Shown: positions 36,901 to 52,569, numbered from the stretch's first letter. The stretch is DNA of 64,000 nucleotides from Phoronis australis (GCA_002633005.1 NMRA01000189.1:1-64000), one strand, 5' to 3'. The notes: generated by a model from the letters alone, not told the origin. Numbers and translations: made by a program.

Positions 36901-39900
36901 GCTCGGAATAGGAATTATGACTTTATCACTCATTAAAATATAGCCTCAGTCATTGTGAGATGTGAGAGTTTCGTCTCCTTCTCAGATGATGACTAATTAT
37001 TGATTTTCATTTTAATTTCTTTGTCACTATGGTTGATAACAAAAGTTGCCCATAGTACACATAAGAGTTTCATCCCAGGTAAAATATTTGCTGAAGTACG
37101 AAAATGTTTGTTCACAATATACCTTTCAAACTGGTGGACCTGTATTTCACACTGGTTTAATCTTCTTACGGCGTCTTTCTTAAACTCATCCACGGTGTTC
37201 TCGACTGCCTTGACAAGCTCCCTCATTACCATCAAGCTGGACAGAACACAATTTTTGGTCACAATGTGCATTCTCACACATTATAATTAGGAAAAAGTAA
37301 CCTAATCCAGTCTGCAAAAGCTATATGCCAAACATTGATAGTCTAGGGCATGCAAGAGTCAGCCCGCTTCAGTGGCACCTTTTACATTGTCAATAGATTT
37401 GTACAAGAGACCATGTTGTCGAGATGTTTCTTTATCAGAACGCTTATCTGAGATTCTTATTGCAGAATTAAAGTGATGATCTTTATAACTGTTTGGCTTC
37501 TAAAATTAAAATTTCTTACAAAAAGTTAAGTTATAATTAATAATTTGAATAATACCCAAAAAAGACAAGTTGGGTTTTGGTTGATAATGGTAGTTCCGTT
37601 TGGTTTAAGTAACTCTTTGAACCATGGGAGATAATTGTCCTGCGAGTCCTGATGCCGGAGAACATACAGTAGGAACACTTAGCAACGGACAAGATTGACA
37701 TCTGGATTCAGCCTCAACGTGGAAACGACTGTCGTTTAAACCAAACAGGAGATTTTCGTAATGAGGTGCTCAATTTAGAGTCATCATAGGAGATTAGACA
37801 ACCAATCGCAAGGTTTTCACAGAGATTAAATCTAAGTCCTCAACGGTATCATTCTATCTGAAAATTATAATTTCGATGACAGATGAAAGTTATTCAATCG
37901 GAAATGGATTGTAACGTAGGAATGTTTTATTGACCTGCCTGAAAGTGTTGTGCATGAATTTGAACATAAAGTAATGTTGCAACAACATTTCATGATAATC
38001 ACACACAACTCTCAAGCCCTCTCCACGCACTGTCACTTACAATCAGACCGTCTAGACAGGTGTTCAGATGCAATTTCTCGGGATTAATAATCATATACGA
38101 TTGTCAATTGCGATAAATCACACTTTGCCACATGACAAATCCTTCGACTTGTGAGACCAATGTACATCCGCTGCTTGCTCCTCATGACATGTGACCGACT
38201 GAAATGGTGTAAATGCGTGAATGCTTCGTTTCAAGCAACTCTACTCTACAGAAACAGCATCAATGTCGCAAAAATTCTTTTAAGATAACCTTAGCATGTA
38301 GACAGAGTGTTGAACATGATGCGTCATTCACATTATGTAGAGGGCTTCAATTTTAAATAATTAACAGTCACCAGCAGAGAGTCCTCCAGTGACCTAAAAC
38401 CAACCTATTGTCTCCTTCAGAAACCCCTTGCCCAGTGTACCAGTGGGTGGCCAGCCCTCTGTTCCCCACATACTGGTCGTAACATTGCATCACCTTGTTT
38501 GCGGTGTCCTTTAGTAGACGGTTGACCTACAATGGGAAACAATGATAGATGCTCACAATATCCCAACACGCAATATGCATTTTTTAATGAAGTCTTTGTA
38601 AACACAGTTTGCTCATAACAGTTGCCACCAAATAACTTTTGATACCTAATAATATAACACATGGATGTTCAACAATTTTTAATAGAACCCAACGAGAACC
38701 CAACAGACTCTAAATATCAGATTTTTTTATATATTTTCCAAATACTTCCTTTAATTCACCCAAGGAAAAAATAACTAAAGAATATTCTAATATGAAATGA
38801 ACAAGATACCAAAACCACAGAGTTAATTCTTTTGGCATACAAAGCATTTAGTAATCAATCTGACACATCTAGAACTTAATTCACTAATTGGTGTCTACAG
38901 TGTATTTGCCAGCCAGTAACTGTGAATGTTCCATACCAGTTGGGACCACATAACACTAACCACAAGCACTCTCTCTAATTTGATGATCAGATTATTTTGA
39001 CAATAAAGAGATTATAGATCAAGGATTGCTGATTGTGATTACATCACTAATTAAAAAGACATCACAAACCCCTTATGCATTTTTGCTTAAAGTTTAAATG
39101 TACTTTCAAATTAATTGTGTAAATGCAAACAACACTGCACCATAACTCTAATTATAATAAACGTTTAAAAATTGAAGGCATTCAAAACAATGTTAGAAGT
39201 CCTTAAAAAGATGTGAAAACGATAAATATTTGCAATACTTTGACATTCTCGGCAAAACGTGAGAGATCCATGCATCATCACCATAGATTGACTTGTGAAC
39301 ATAACCTTTAAACACGTTTTCTCTACCCACTTGCTAAAAACAGGCCAATGTTGCTTTTGCACAAAAACATGTTTTTCAATAAAATACAAGTGCATGCACG
39401 AGAGCTGCTACATTGATTTACCTCCCCCGCTGTGCTTGTACAATTCTCGACCATTTCATCCAGCTGGAACTCACTAGTGACGACCTCTTCAGGCAGGTCT
39501 GTGAATTGTTTGTTGACCAAGTGCAGAAGATCTGTCTCGCGTCCATGGCAAGTCTGAAGCGTGCTTAGTTGCTGGCTTTGGACACGTTCGCGACTCTGCA
39601 GGTCTTTGAGTGTCCCACGCATTTTGCAAATGTTCGTTGAATAGTAATGTCTGAAAAGAAAATGGTCAATATGAAAACTCAAGGTCAATAAATGGCACAT
39701 TGCTATCATCATCACAGCTCTAAATGTACCAACATTTTAAAACAGAAATGAAAATAAATTGATTAATCCATTTTAATGAAATTAAGATTGTTGAAACAAG
39801 CCATCAATATATGAAATATTATCACTAAATGAAGATGTTTACTACATTCAAAACTACATGATCACGCATCATGCTATCTTATCACTTACATTAACATCTG

Positions 39901-42900
39901 AACAGCGGCCTTTAGATGGCGCTCTTTGCGAAGGTTGCTCAGCATTTCCTTCTCAGTAAGGTGAAGAATTTCACACATCATTCTGGCTATCTGTAGGTCG
40001 TGTTCATAGTTAACGCTTGTATGGAATTTTGGTAAAGATGCTGAAAGAGATAACAACATCAGTGTGCCATTGCCAGAAAAAAGTAGAAGCCAATTTGAGT
40101 ATAGACACCATTTTGCGGAAATACCATATGAAAAAGTAGAGTAGAGCATGACCAAACTCACCACAAATTAGATAAACAAAAATATTTCAGTAGCAAGAAG
40201 CATAGAAACACCTTTCAGTGTGAGGAACAAACTGTGAGTGGTTTAGTGAGCAGTTGTAACCCACTTAACTCTCCAAAGCATGAAGCAGGTAATTGTAATG
40301 AATATTATTCTCTGTAATGGTAGTTTAGACTTTAACTGCTGTTATTACTTTCTGTGATGATGGTTCAGACAGTAGGCGTAACACTTATAATTTCCTGTAA
40401 AGGTAGTTCAGCTAGAAGTTGAAACAAAAACTGTAAGGGTGATTTAGCCATTAGCTGTAATGGTTATAAGGGTGGTTAAGTCAATTCTGTAAGGGCAAAA
40501 AATGATCCCTATTTACACTTTTTTCTTATAAGTATCACAGCAACCTCTGTTGGTAAACTTACGCACGATATGTTGAGATATCGGTAAGAACTCATGACTA
40601 GTCCTTGGTATTAGAAACACGGGACTGTCCACACTTGTAGACGGGAAACGTTCAGCAGATTTGGACTGTGTGACAATAGTCGCGAGTGAGTCGTTGTCGA
40701 ATAGAAGCAACTGTTGTTCCGCTGGAATGTCAGTCTGTAGCGCAACCAGTTCTTGGAATATGGTGTAGCTGTAAAGGACAATTTTGATTAACTAAATCGA
40801 TACAATGGAAATACAAATATCATGGAATATCAGCAATTTCTGACAAAAATAAATGTCCGTATCTTAAATGATACGTGGGACTTCATATCAGAAAGGGATA
40901 AACAAAAGAAAAACATTCTTTAAATTTTTTGATTTTAGATGTCACATACATGATACACAAACCTTCTCGGACCAATGCAACAGCTCACCAGAAACGGGTT
41001 CTATAAAATGAAACTTAAAGCATTGCTGCTGAACTGTAGCTTTTTATGAAGACAACCCAAAATATTCAGGCTCGCTGACATAATGAACAGACAAAAACTT
41101 TGTGCCTGTGGCATCGGCAACAGTTACTATGGAAATCAAACATATTATAATGATATGTTAATTAGCTGATTATGAGTTACGAGGAATTTATTGGGACAAC
41201 CTAACACAGCAAAAGTCACTGTATCCTCCATTGACTTCAGTGAGACAAGTCCTCGGATAGTGCTGCTCATTTTCCTGTGATTTACAGAAAGGTATAATAA
41301 GGAATGGTGAGGAGTTGTGCTTTTGGTGGTCGAGACAACTCAATACTTGAGCACGCTGTGGCTTAGTTCACTTTCTCGCGGGACATCAAAGAAGCACCGA
41401 TATGGCACAAGGTTGTTCAAGAAACTCGTATGATGGTGAACGTGACACAATGCATGAGGCTGGGTACGTTCATAAGTCATACTCATGTTCTTGAACCTAT
41501 GTTTCAATCAAAGTCAAATTGCTACAAAAACTGTTTTCTCGTCTTTGGGATATTGAATGAATGATTGTGACATGCAGTGCAATATAAAGGAATTGTAATG
41601 AATCTGACAATGTAGTCACGTGTCAAAACGAGGTAAATATAAGTACTCTACGACCCTGAGTAAGACAAAAGTCGGCATGCGTTCATAAAAACAACTTTTG
41701 TTGGGGACTGTTTTCAACTTAGTCTGTGTCTGATGTCAGCAACTTGTCCAATACTGGCGCTCTGAAGTGACAATGAAAAGTCCGATTGTACACCTATAAG
41801 ACCTTAGGACCTTAAGACCTTTGTCAAACAAACTATTGGATAAAAAACTATCTGCCACACTGTTTTCACCTGGGATGTTTATCAATATAAATCCTCATTG
41901 TTGAAGCTTGCGGCACACCAAAGACATGAATAACTTGTTTGCTGAGTATGAGTGAAACGTAGTCAAAGAGTTGATCAAAAGACCACTGTTTCTCTGGGTC
42001 AGTTTCAAGAAGTGAAGCAAACATAGGCGTGATCAAATCTTGGAGCCCTCTGTAAATAGAATAAAGACACAGTTACTATGTATATCGCAAGCGTGCTTTT
42101 GGCAGGCTAACTTTAACAAGTTTGAGGTGGTTTAAACACACCGAAAATACCGCTCGTGGTTTCTATCTGGACACAAAATTGAAAACAAAAACCTAGAAGT
42201 GTTGATTTGCCCATTACAAGAACTTAAAATAAATAGTTGCACAGTGATGACAAAACAAAACTTGTTATTGAAACATAAAGATGCCAATAAGTAATGATGT
42301 TCCGAGTAACGCAGCGTGACTATTTACAGCTAAAGGAACAATCAGACCCCTGAGTTGTTTGAGTCAGTAACTATTTTTGAACCAGGATCAAAAAGTCCTG
42401 TAAAATCAATAAAAATGTCATTTGGTACAGCACTGTACATTATTTTACAAATTAGTCATGTGTCAGTACCAAAACCATGCAGGGATGACATCGTAATGTT
42501 ACACATTAGCTACGAGAGAATAAATTTGAAACATAAACTCTAGCTGGGTCCACCTCCCCATCAAACTTTATCCTATGTGACAGCCATAGGCCTTATTCTA
42601 TTTACCCAATCGTTTTGCTTGTCTGGTACTCAAAATGGCCATTTTCCAACTTCATTAACCATTTGCCCGCTAAACCAACCCTTCATCTTCTTTTAATCAA
42701 CCATTTTTATTACCGTACTAAACCGATCACTTTCCCTGCTTCTGAATCGGCTTGCAAAACTACAGAAAGTGAGATGACTAAATCGACTTGCAAATAACAA
42801 AATTGACTTCTACAAAACTTGCTAATCTCAACCCCGCAACAATATAGTCTTTAGAGTATAATGACACATCAGAAGTAGACTTACTGTGACTGGACACATG

Positions 42901-45900
42901 TGTCAGGAAGTCGACGATTCCATTTGATTGATCCTCCTTTCTTAATCTGTACTCCTGATATCACACCTGACTCTTTTTCACCAATCATTTGATACCTGCA
43001 ATGGTATCAAAGAGTCAGAAGGAAAGTAACATTAAAAGCCTTGTAAATTTGCAATGATTAGCTCAAAGCAGCAGTCCACATGAGAAGTCTCTGCTTCCAA
43101 GCCACATCCAAGATGGCTACTTTCTGTTACGATTGCCATTGCAGAAACTCTCGGTTTCATTTAAACATGGCCACTCATGGACCCCAGACCTAATCTCCGA
43201 ACTCAAACTCAAAACTAAACAATCACGCTGCATGACTCAAGTACAAATATGTAAGTTTACTCAAAGCGCGCTCAGCCATTGGTAATTTTTTCACTCCAGT
43301 TTCGAATTCAGAGATTAGACCTCCGACCCTAAATTACATTTTGTCATTATTTGCAGTTATAATTTATTTGCACATTGAAGATACGAGAATTACCTCCATG
43401 ACAAGAACCAAAAGACCAGTCAGCTACTGTATGACAACAATTATCAATCAAATAAATTTCACCACAGACTGCAGATCCCTTCGAGCAAGCAAAACGCATT
43501 AAACAATTTGACCACATCACTTATATAGGTCAACTATTCATTTCCTCATGGTGCATTATCCGTCAGTAAGGGCAAATAATAATAATTGCACAAAATCTGT
43601 CCAAGCAGACTGAAAAAATTGAATCTTACAATAGGAACTAGGCATCTCATAATCAATTCAATTCTTGTATGACCACATGGAGAGTGATGATTTGCGGTAC
43701 GCCATGAATAGAGTTGGCTAACTGGATATTTTAGGGCAAAGAATCTGTGGATACTCACATGGTCTCCTTGTTTTCTCTCCCACCAAATGGTCTGAATGGT
43801 AGATGGCCGGTAGCTACATGGTAAAAGGTTACACCAAGACTCCACAGGTCAACTGTGGCATTGAATGTTTGACCTTTGCACTTTTTAAGTACTGCCCTTT
43901 CATAGATGTCAGGATGCTGAAATTATGACATGGGTAAATTCTTAATGCTAAGTCAACAGATAGATCAAACCAAAGTAATGTTTTTGGCCATATGACTACC
44001 AAGCCCAGTGGACCAAAACTCCACAGTCGCGCTTTACAAAGAAATGGGACTTCATTCGTGTAAAAAGACAAAGCGCAAATACCTAGCTATCTTTACAACT
44101 GAGATCAAGTATTCTGCTGACTCATCATAAAACCGTGACTAGTAATATTCAAGTTTCAACAAAAGTCAATTATCCTGTCCACCTAAGGTGATTTTCACTT
44201 ATTTCACACAAAAATAGTGACCAAAATTGTCAATTTCTGCTCTTTTTAGGGTGAGTTAATGGAAACGTATTTACCAACTGTTGCTTTATGACGTCTGCAT
44301 ACTAATCAAGGTGAGAACAGACTGATATTTGTCGGCCATATTGTGTCGTAAAACTAGATGGAAAATTAAGATACTAGCCGAGTGCAGCCAAACAATGGTT
44401 TATGGATTGGTGATGGTGGCTGTGGGATGAACCAACTATGGATATTGAGGTGTACGAATCTTGCCCTGAAATTTACCAGTAGTGAGCGCAAAAAGTTACC
44501 CGTTTCCGCATGTTTCCAGTCTCTTTTATCCAATGGGCTTGGACGTTCTGAGAATGAGTTTGAGTGACAAGGCATTTAATATCAAGTATAGTTTTTGATA
44601 AAATCACAAAAAGAAAATTTTCCAAATTCTTTTACAGGAGCAGACGTCCATGTCTTTCATGAGGACATATCATTCCGGGATTTACATAAAACGCTTTCAA
44701 GTACGAATAAAGCTGAACTCCTACTAAATATTCTTCTGTTCCATACAGTGACTGAAACTGTTCCCCATCTTGCAGTTCTCGAGCAGCTCCAAAGTCAGTG
44801 AGCTTGTAAACAGACCTGAATGTAAATAGTACATAACACATCATCGAAGCACAGTTGAATACATTCACATGTATTTAGAACAACAGGTCGTCTCTGGCCA
44901 CGGCATTAATAGGAAGGATACAGCAAACCGTTTAACTATTCGTATTCATTGTATAGATAAACACAATCACGTCAGATGTTTCCCATAATGATTTCAGTAA
45001 AGGATGATTTTTGAAGACAGTTAACGGCAAACTACATCATCACACTAATTCAAAATGAATTGCACTGTCATTTCAAATTTTGTGAGCTAATAATTATAAA
45101 TTATTGTTTTTTGTCACCTACTGGTCACATAAACCACTAAAGATGCTTTACAGAAATTTAGCAAAACAGCCTACATTGTTTATAAGATGAACATACAGTT
45201 AATGTCATCGTTAAAAATTGTTTGTCTTTCACCTTCTACCAAGACAGGGCAAGTGCTGAGCTGACATTAAGACCTATTTCAAGATATCTATTACAGCATC
45301 AGTCCCTTCCCATGTATGGTTATCTGTAATCTGGTTCCATCATCCTTTCCTTAGTTGTGATCTATATTGTGCACTTTAATATTCATCTGAATAGATTTTG
45401 AATTGTGAGACTAAGAATTGCCAGAGAAGAGACAACTCCCCGTCTGTTGCCACTTTTGAGGTTCCCAAGATGAAAGTTTCTGGCCTTCCTAAAACTGCTT
45501 CGATGTGGTGATGTCATAACGTCATTTCCACTGACTACTGATCTGTTTACACCAAACTCTAGCCCATTTACAGTGTTTAGCACAATGCTTTGGTCATATT
45601 TGCAACCATCTTCAGGTGTTATAGCATTCTTAGAAGGAGCACGGATATTTGGTACACCCATGGTAGGCACTAGTGATTAGCTATCTGGACTCAAAACAGG
45701 AAGGCTCCAGGATCAAATCCTGGCATGCACCAGAAAAAATACATTTCAAGCACCCAGCAAGAGTGTATCAAATGCCCGTGCTCATTCTTCTTATAACACC
45801 AGGTGGCTAGAAAGATGACCAATCAGAACATTGTGCCAAATAATGTATGGTTTAGAGTTTCACGTAAGTACACCAACAGATTTTAGAATTAATGTTACCT

Positions 45901-48900
45901 TTCTGGAAGAAGCAGGATAATAATGATAACCCTGACAGATTGCTTTTTACTTATTAACCTCCCACCCCTATGTACTCATTCTGAACACTGCAACACCTAA
46001 AAATGCCTGCAAAAATGACTGACAGAGACATCGTGCTAAATTTAAAGTTTGGCGTAAATACACTATCATATTCAAGAAATGGTTGTAACTTCTGGGACAG
46101 AAGTATTATTAAGAGTAAAGCAACAACCCCCCAAGCATTTCTAAACAACATAGTGGGTACTAGGAAACTGTTGATAAACATTAAAAATTAAGAACAACAA
46201 TTATCTGCAGTGAAAAATGGGCACACCTAGACAGCCAAATAGTGAGAGCAACTATGCTTTGTTTTCTACTTCTTCCATGATACCAAAAGCCAAAATGCAC
46301 AACCAAGATGACCTACCAATCCCCGATAGGGGTTATCCTAGTTATTCAATTATTGAAAGAACAAAAATTCAATGAAGAGTAAAGCATTGATACTGTTTTT
46401 ACTAGCTTGGAATGTTGTATGTCTAAACTAATGACTGAGGAGCTATTAAGACGAATATAATATATGAGCAAACCTTCCATCCTCTGTGATGTATCGCAGA
46501 ATATTGGCAGGTTTAATGTCGCGATGTGCTATTTTCCGATTGCGCAAGTACTCCACACCATTTGCTGAAATCCAAGTTTTGTGAAGTTTATACCAAATTA
46601 AAACATAGACAGTTGAGATGAGTGTATCGCATGTCGAGAACCTTGGTTTTAACAAGCATTGATGGAAGGAGCACAGTGCTTATTAAGTTGATACATACTG
46701 TCTTGTAAACATATCAGAGCGAAAATAGTACTAAGTGATTGTATCAAACAACATTATCACTTTTAGATATCCTTATCCTAATGTATTGTGATCAAACTCT
46801 AGGAGATAATAGACCAAAGATAACAAATGTCAACATAACTTATCGTGTAAAGAATTTATTTTGAATGCACTAACATTATGTGCTCGTTAAATTCAATTAA
46901 AGGCTATACCAACAGGTCGGGGTGGTAATGGTCTGGTATTATGTGCCCAAATTTTGAGGTCTAGTTTTCTCAACTGAATAATGGGCATCAAACTGATTCT
47001 CAAAATACGGGCAAATTATACCCAACTATTGCCGGTCTGAGCAGCACTTTAGCCCGCCATAGGATGTGAAGAAAAGGGCGAGTCAATATTTTTAATCACA
47101 TTTTGGGAGCTGCATTTAAACTACTGGCATCCTACTGATGGCATCTACAAGAGAGATCTTGTCCCTTCTCTCAGTTTTAGAGAATGTAGTTACCAACATG
47201 CTAACATTTCACGTCATACTGCTCACATGAGCATGGTTTGTAAAACCAACTTTTTGTCAATTGAAGAGTCTTCTAAAGGTGACAAATTTCACAGACCAAC
47301 TGCACTTATCTTTCAAGGTAGCAGACATCAGTAATGGCCTGACAACTACAAGTCAACGTCGGTATCCAACCAACACTGTCTCAGTTTTCTCCAGCTAATA
47401 TGCAATGAATATTAAAGTATTTGGTGGAACTTACTGACATCTCCCAACACACATAAGAACTCTTCCTCAGCCAGACCATAAGCATTCTGAGGTTCATCTA
47501 TAAGCATGGAGTACAGACTACCACCTGAACACAGCTCCATAATGATCACCTTTTCTCTAAGAGCCTGAAATATAACGTGACCATTTTTTTTTTTAAAACG
47601 TGATTTTTGAAAGAGATTGTCAAACTTTCGAAGACAGGTGAACTTGTGTACAAAAATTGCTAATTCAGTTTAGTCACTTTATTAGCACAAAACTGTGTCT
47701 CATCACAAGAGAACTCCACATGTCTCTTCACCAGGGAACTCCAGTACCAAAAAATGGCAACATCAGCTATTTTCATACAATGCAAAGATTTGTAGGCTAT
47801 CAAAAGAAAAATCTTAATGAATTAAAAGTACAAGCACAGTGACAACAAAGACCTAAAGGTGCCTGTCAGGTTCCAAGTATTGTGAGTAAAAGCGCCATCT
47901 ACCAGTGACACTACATTCCAAACGAGGCTATAAAGGTTCAGTGTCTCTCACAGTCTGCTTCAGACTTTGAGAGCGGCATCCTTACCAGCTGTTCTTCAAC
48001 TGCTAACATTTTAGCGATGTTTTTGTGGTCAAGTTGGCTCATTATTTCAAATTCTCTCATCTGTACACTTTCGGGTCGACAGAAGCTGTCCGCATTGAAT
48101 ATCTTAACAGCATACATTTCCCCATCCAGCTGTAAATAGAATGTACAGTATCATAAAAATAATCTGGACATGTTTACGTATCCATGTATAATACTAAACA
48201 TGAAATCCGCTGCTATCATGTGCTGCAAATTAGAGATCGCCAGTTTTATTTCTGTGCTCTTCAAAGTGTAGAGCGTTATTTGAATGGTCTCTAGTAGGGA
48301 CTTGTGATTTGTTGTAAACTGACTGATCTCAACTAACTCAGCAATGACGATCAGGCTGGCCCTCCCAACATGGCCACAGGGTGGTCATCTCACCAAATTT
48401 TTCCTGTTACATTTTTGAGGGTGCTACTCGGATACAAAAGCAACTTTATAAAGCCATACTCCGCTGTACTGCTCTTAGGTAGTAGGGTAAAAATTCTCCA
48501 GTTTTGAAAAGTCTCCAGAATTTCATTACGGTCACTCTCCCGTTCAGTGACTTTACCAGACATTGAGGGTTGTGAGCGTGTGATAACATCTAGCTCCCTT
48601 GTTAACTGCCAAGCACAGTCTTTTGTCTGATATGATAACAGGCAAGCCAATTATCTACCAGGCTTATTACAGACCATGTGTGAACACAGTCAACCCTAGA
48701 GCTAATTAGTACATTTGGAAAGAATAGATTGTCATAACTTTGGTTGTAGTTGGGAGATTTTGGCGATTCAAAACACTAAACATGATCACCATTTGAGGAG
48801 GAAACCAGTTTTGAGAAGTCTCTAGAGTTTGGGATGCTGAAATTCAAGTCAAAATAGAATTTCTTTGAGTTTAAAGTGAACAATACAATATATCAGTCAA

Positions 48901-51146
48901 TTCAATAAGTTAACAAATGAAAATAATAATTAGATTCAAACTGATTACTGTAAGAAAACTGATGGTTTTAGATTGCACAAAGCTGACTGCATCACCTCAG
49001 TGGAAGAACGAGGCTGACTGGAAAAGCTCAACTGAATATTCACCAAGTAAGTGCTAAAGAAGAGTTTTTCAGAAAATACATCTGGGGCACACTATGCAAA
49101 TGTGCACATAGGCCCATGAGCCAATATGCATTATTTTTCTAGTGCGTTTCACATACTAGGCCCATGTGCCTAAATTTTAGTTACAGGCACAGGAGGCTAT
49201 CATGATCGCATTATCATTGGCGACCTAGCAAACATCTCAGGTTGCCAAACAAAATCTGAGGTCACCAAAACTGAAAATCCAAGGACGCCACATGAAATCT
49301 GAGTTTGTTGATCTGGCATAGATATCGTTGACTAAAAAAAGGTTGTACTGTCGAAACATGACAACATGACCCATTCTCTTGCGCAGACCTCTCCAATTTC
49401 TCCCCGTACATGTGTAAATGTACACAAGTACATTCATTCTCTACCTCAATTCCTCCCATCAATGAACAAACATAGAACGTGGAGAACCACATGGACTGGT
49501 GGTGCAAATTTCAAAGATCATACCCAATTTTTGTCAAACAATTCCGACTTCTGTCTAATTACTTTCTATTGAAATTTAAGCGCATGTTTGATGTGTGATG
49601 ATTGCTAAGGTGGAAAATGCACTGATTTCACAAAATAAGCAAAATCATGTTGAATCAAATGTAATTAATCAAGGAAAACTGTTAGTAGTTTAAAGTTTGG
49701 AAGTCAACACAAACTTCGTCTGACTTTGATACTCACAGTGACGACTTCGTGGCGACTTGGAATTTTTCCCAGGTCACCAAACACAATCTGAGGTCGTATT
49801 AGCAACCTGCAGGTCGCCAATACGAGCATTGATAGGCCTTCTACTTTCAGAAAATAAAACTTTTACTGAGTCAAATATAAATGCTTAAGTTTTGAAGATA
49901 TTCAGTTGAATATGGAGACTATTCAGTAAGGTCCTACATAATCTTGAGGACTAGATTCTGAGAAGTTTCTGTTAAAGCGACAGACGTAGATTTGACATAG
50001 TCGACTGCAACTCTGCACAACCTATACTCAAGGGAAAATTAGGATTTGGTTTTTGGTGTCAAAAATGACACCTTCCTAAAATACGCTTTGCCTGTGAAAA
50101 TCTACGGTAGATTCCTCAGTTTTCCATGTGCAATTAAGCATAGAATGGGCTATAACTGAAGCATCGCAACATTTTAAAACTGTTGAAAATTGGATGACTA
50201 ATGATGCTTGTAACTACCAGTTGGTCATCAATCCCTTCAACAATAGAATTAATCTATTAGATTAGATTTGGCACACTGGGAATCTCCTAAAATACAGGTA
50301 CACCCAAGAGTTAATTTTCAAAATTAAAATTAATTTTGGAGTATGTATGGTTTTCCTAAAACCATGCACAAATAGAGCAAAAATGGTTGAACGGATGAAA
50401 TAGAATGAACATTCATGTAATGATACGCCTCATTTTACATTAAATAATTTACAAGCTTTTCTCATCCTGGCTTTTGAACCACATTAACACCTGTGCAGCG
50501 CATGACTCACAAGACAGTACTAAGTTCACACCTTCTTCTCAAACAAGACTAATGTATGTTCTCTAAGAACGCGCACACAGTTAGAAATCCTGATCTAGTT
50601 TTTGCGAATTCAATATCCAGGTGAACACAAATCATGGGAAATTTGAGAAAATGTACCCGCAACAATACCAACGTGCCTAAAACCATACCCGAGACATTAC
50701 CAATACTTTTTCTTGGTTACTGACACCATTTGCAATTCTTCACTTTAGCACGACACATGTCCGACAAGTGAATTTCAATTTGTTAAATTTCTTCAGAAAA
50801 GTAAAGATTAAGAACCATTTAGTCAAATACGAGTATGCACTCTAGTGCGCAGATTTCATGAAACAACATTCGCTGAAACTCGCATCATTTCCAAGAAGGT
50901 AATCAGCTTTTGAAAAGTGCAAAAATGACAATTTCAGCAACTGATTTTGTGAGAAATAAGTGGGGAATTTGAAAATTTCCGTCTGTTTAATTGCACACTC
51001 ACATTAAACATGTTGTGGCATGTAAACAGAAGACATTGTCATCATCTCACCTTGTGTCTTGCCTTGTACACATTTCCAGTCGCTCCATGGCCCAAGGCAT
51101 CCCTGGTGTTCCACATATAGTTTCGAGTTTGTCGTATCGCACTCAT
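30908..51146 (-). CDS. TBK1: TBK1/IKK-epsilon-family (IKK-related) Ser/Thr kinase, 18 coding exons, about 799 aa
   Basis: Phase-consistent exons on minus: 51146-51051, 48129-47986, 47564-47435, 46564-46474, 44815-44725, 43916-43759, 42995-42885, 42049-41870, 40768-40563, 40040-39890, 39650-39422, 38526-38405, 37236-37123, 36620-36522, 35563-35467, 33699-33458, 32386-32315, 30974-30908 (2400 nt). Motifs: [92 protein letters not shown] (Ser172-equivalent kept), [23 protein letters not shown]. These are followed by a ubiquitin-like domain, scaffold helices ([17 protein letters not shown]) and a C-terminal coiled coil. The C-terminal exons are less certain than the kinase exons. Confidence 0.93.
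32452..32920. mobile_element. Diverged 3'-half copy of the 28944-30462 TIR family, in kinase intron 16
   Basis: Colinear with about 29950-30462 (e.g. GTGACAACAACATG..GTCCAGAGATTTTTCTCGT, GAGGATTTCAGGTAATTT). It ends in an intact terminus TTATTAGGGAAAATACGG|TA. Confidence 0.7.
34470..34540 (-). mobile_element. tRNA-derived SINE head or tRNA pseudogene
   Basis: Minus strand GTGGCTCAGTGG (A box) and GGTTCGAATCC (B box). The acceptor stem does not pair, so this is not a functional tRNA. Confidence 0.55.
45545..45830. mobile_element. Two oppositely oriented fragments of the same SINE family in kinase intron 4
   Basis: 45545-45660 matches 9555-9672 (minus). 45662-45800 is a plus-strand copy with a tRNA-like head (CTGGACTCAAAA..GGATCAAATCC) and the body GAGTGTATCAAATGCCCGTGCTCATTCTTCT. 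Confidence 0.55.
49199..49834. mobile_element. Putative MITE in kinase intron 1
   Basis: Imperfect terminal inverted repeats (TATCA..ATTGGCGACCT / AGGTCGCCAAT..TGATA) and repeated subterminal AGGTCACCAAA and AATCTGAGGTC motifs. Confidence 0.45.
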
Positions 51147-52569
51147 CTTCAACACCAGCACTGTTTACTGAATTATACCTAAAAGGTGTCGCAAATTTTC
51201 AAAACAATCTACTTTTACCACACTAGTAATATCATTTAAGACTGAAATATGCCACAGTCGAACAACATGCATCGACAGACCTTCACAATCTGTTTGATGA
51301 TAGTTCATTGTAAAAAGGATAGACTTTTGGGATTTGGAAGTTTGTACAATTGCCATTCTCGACAAAGTACACTGTAATGAGGTTCAAATGTATTGAACAA
51401 TAACAACTTGACATATAGTGGAAAAGAATTTATGTGAAGAAGATGAACAAATCGGCAATGACCAAAATTCCGCAGATCAATACAATTGAGAATAATTAGC
51501 ATGATACTAATTTTTAGGATGATACTAATGAGTTCATTAGCGTCTCAACGGACAATGCTGTCTGGCCAAACCTTGAAAATGAAACCAAAAGGTGAGACTC
51601 ATGATTAATGTTACACATTCGCGCAGTGGAATGAGTATCCCGACTGATTGATCAGCCAGTCACTAGTATACAGTCGCGTCATTACCAGTTTGACAGCGGC
51701 AAACCAATTTATACATGTATAGTCTAGCTCTCTTATCGTCCGCTTTCATCTGATAAGCTAACATAGTGCAGTAACTATGTTGAAAACAGGGCGCCTGACG
51801 CTAACCAATATTTAAAAATACTATTTGCAAACAACTTCAACAAATATCGTGAAGCAGATGTGTTTTGTATGAAATACTTTCACCAAAAAACTTTGAATGG
51901 AGAAAAACGGTGGACTTTCAGAGAAATAACACTTAACTTTCACTTGTTGATTCCTTTGTGTTCGTGACTGTAAGTTCTGACCAGCTTAACAACAATATCA
52001 TGAACCAACATAAAAGGCGTGCTTGACAAGTTTAATCAAGCGTGATTCTAGATTAGATCGTGATAGTGGAAATTCCTTGATTTTTACACTCTAGGAGAAT
52101 GGTACATAATGAGATACTCAGGAAAAATCCCATGAAATGACAAAGTAAGTATTTTAAATCCAGGGAAAAACTGGCATCTCTTGAGGGGGTCCATGCCAAA
52201 ATCCTGTATGCTGTAATTTATGCCAAACATCATTTAGTATGGAGTGGATATCTAAATGGTGACAACTAGCTCACACACCAGAGACAAACCTTAAAAGTAT
52301 AAAATGAGAAGTACTGTGACCAGGATATAGGTCAACTCCATCAACTAAATGAAAGGGGAAATTTCTGTTGTCATGAGATTCATATATTGTGGCAAACGTT
52401 GACGTAACCACAACACCCATGCGAGTTCTTGTTGAGTAATGGGCTAATACTGATCTAGAAACTTGGCAGTCAATTCAGAAATCACAAACACTTATAAGGC
52501 TGGTCTGCACGCCACCTGTTAGCCACATCATGTGACCTAATGAGAATATGTGTGAAAAGATTTCTACCT

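Noticed and set aside
37300-38250. Exon-like stretches in kinase intron 12, some ending in TGA (possible extra exons or selenocysteine)
   Set aside because: Exon 12 splices in phase to 37236-37123 with TBK1-like sequence. The extra stretches contain stops, show no recognisable similarity, and no SECIS is evident.
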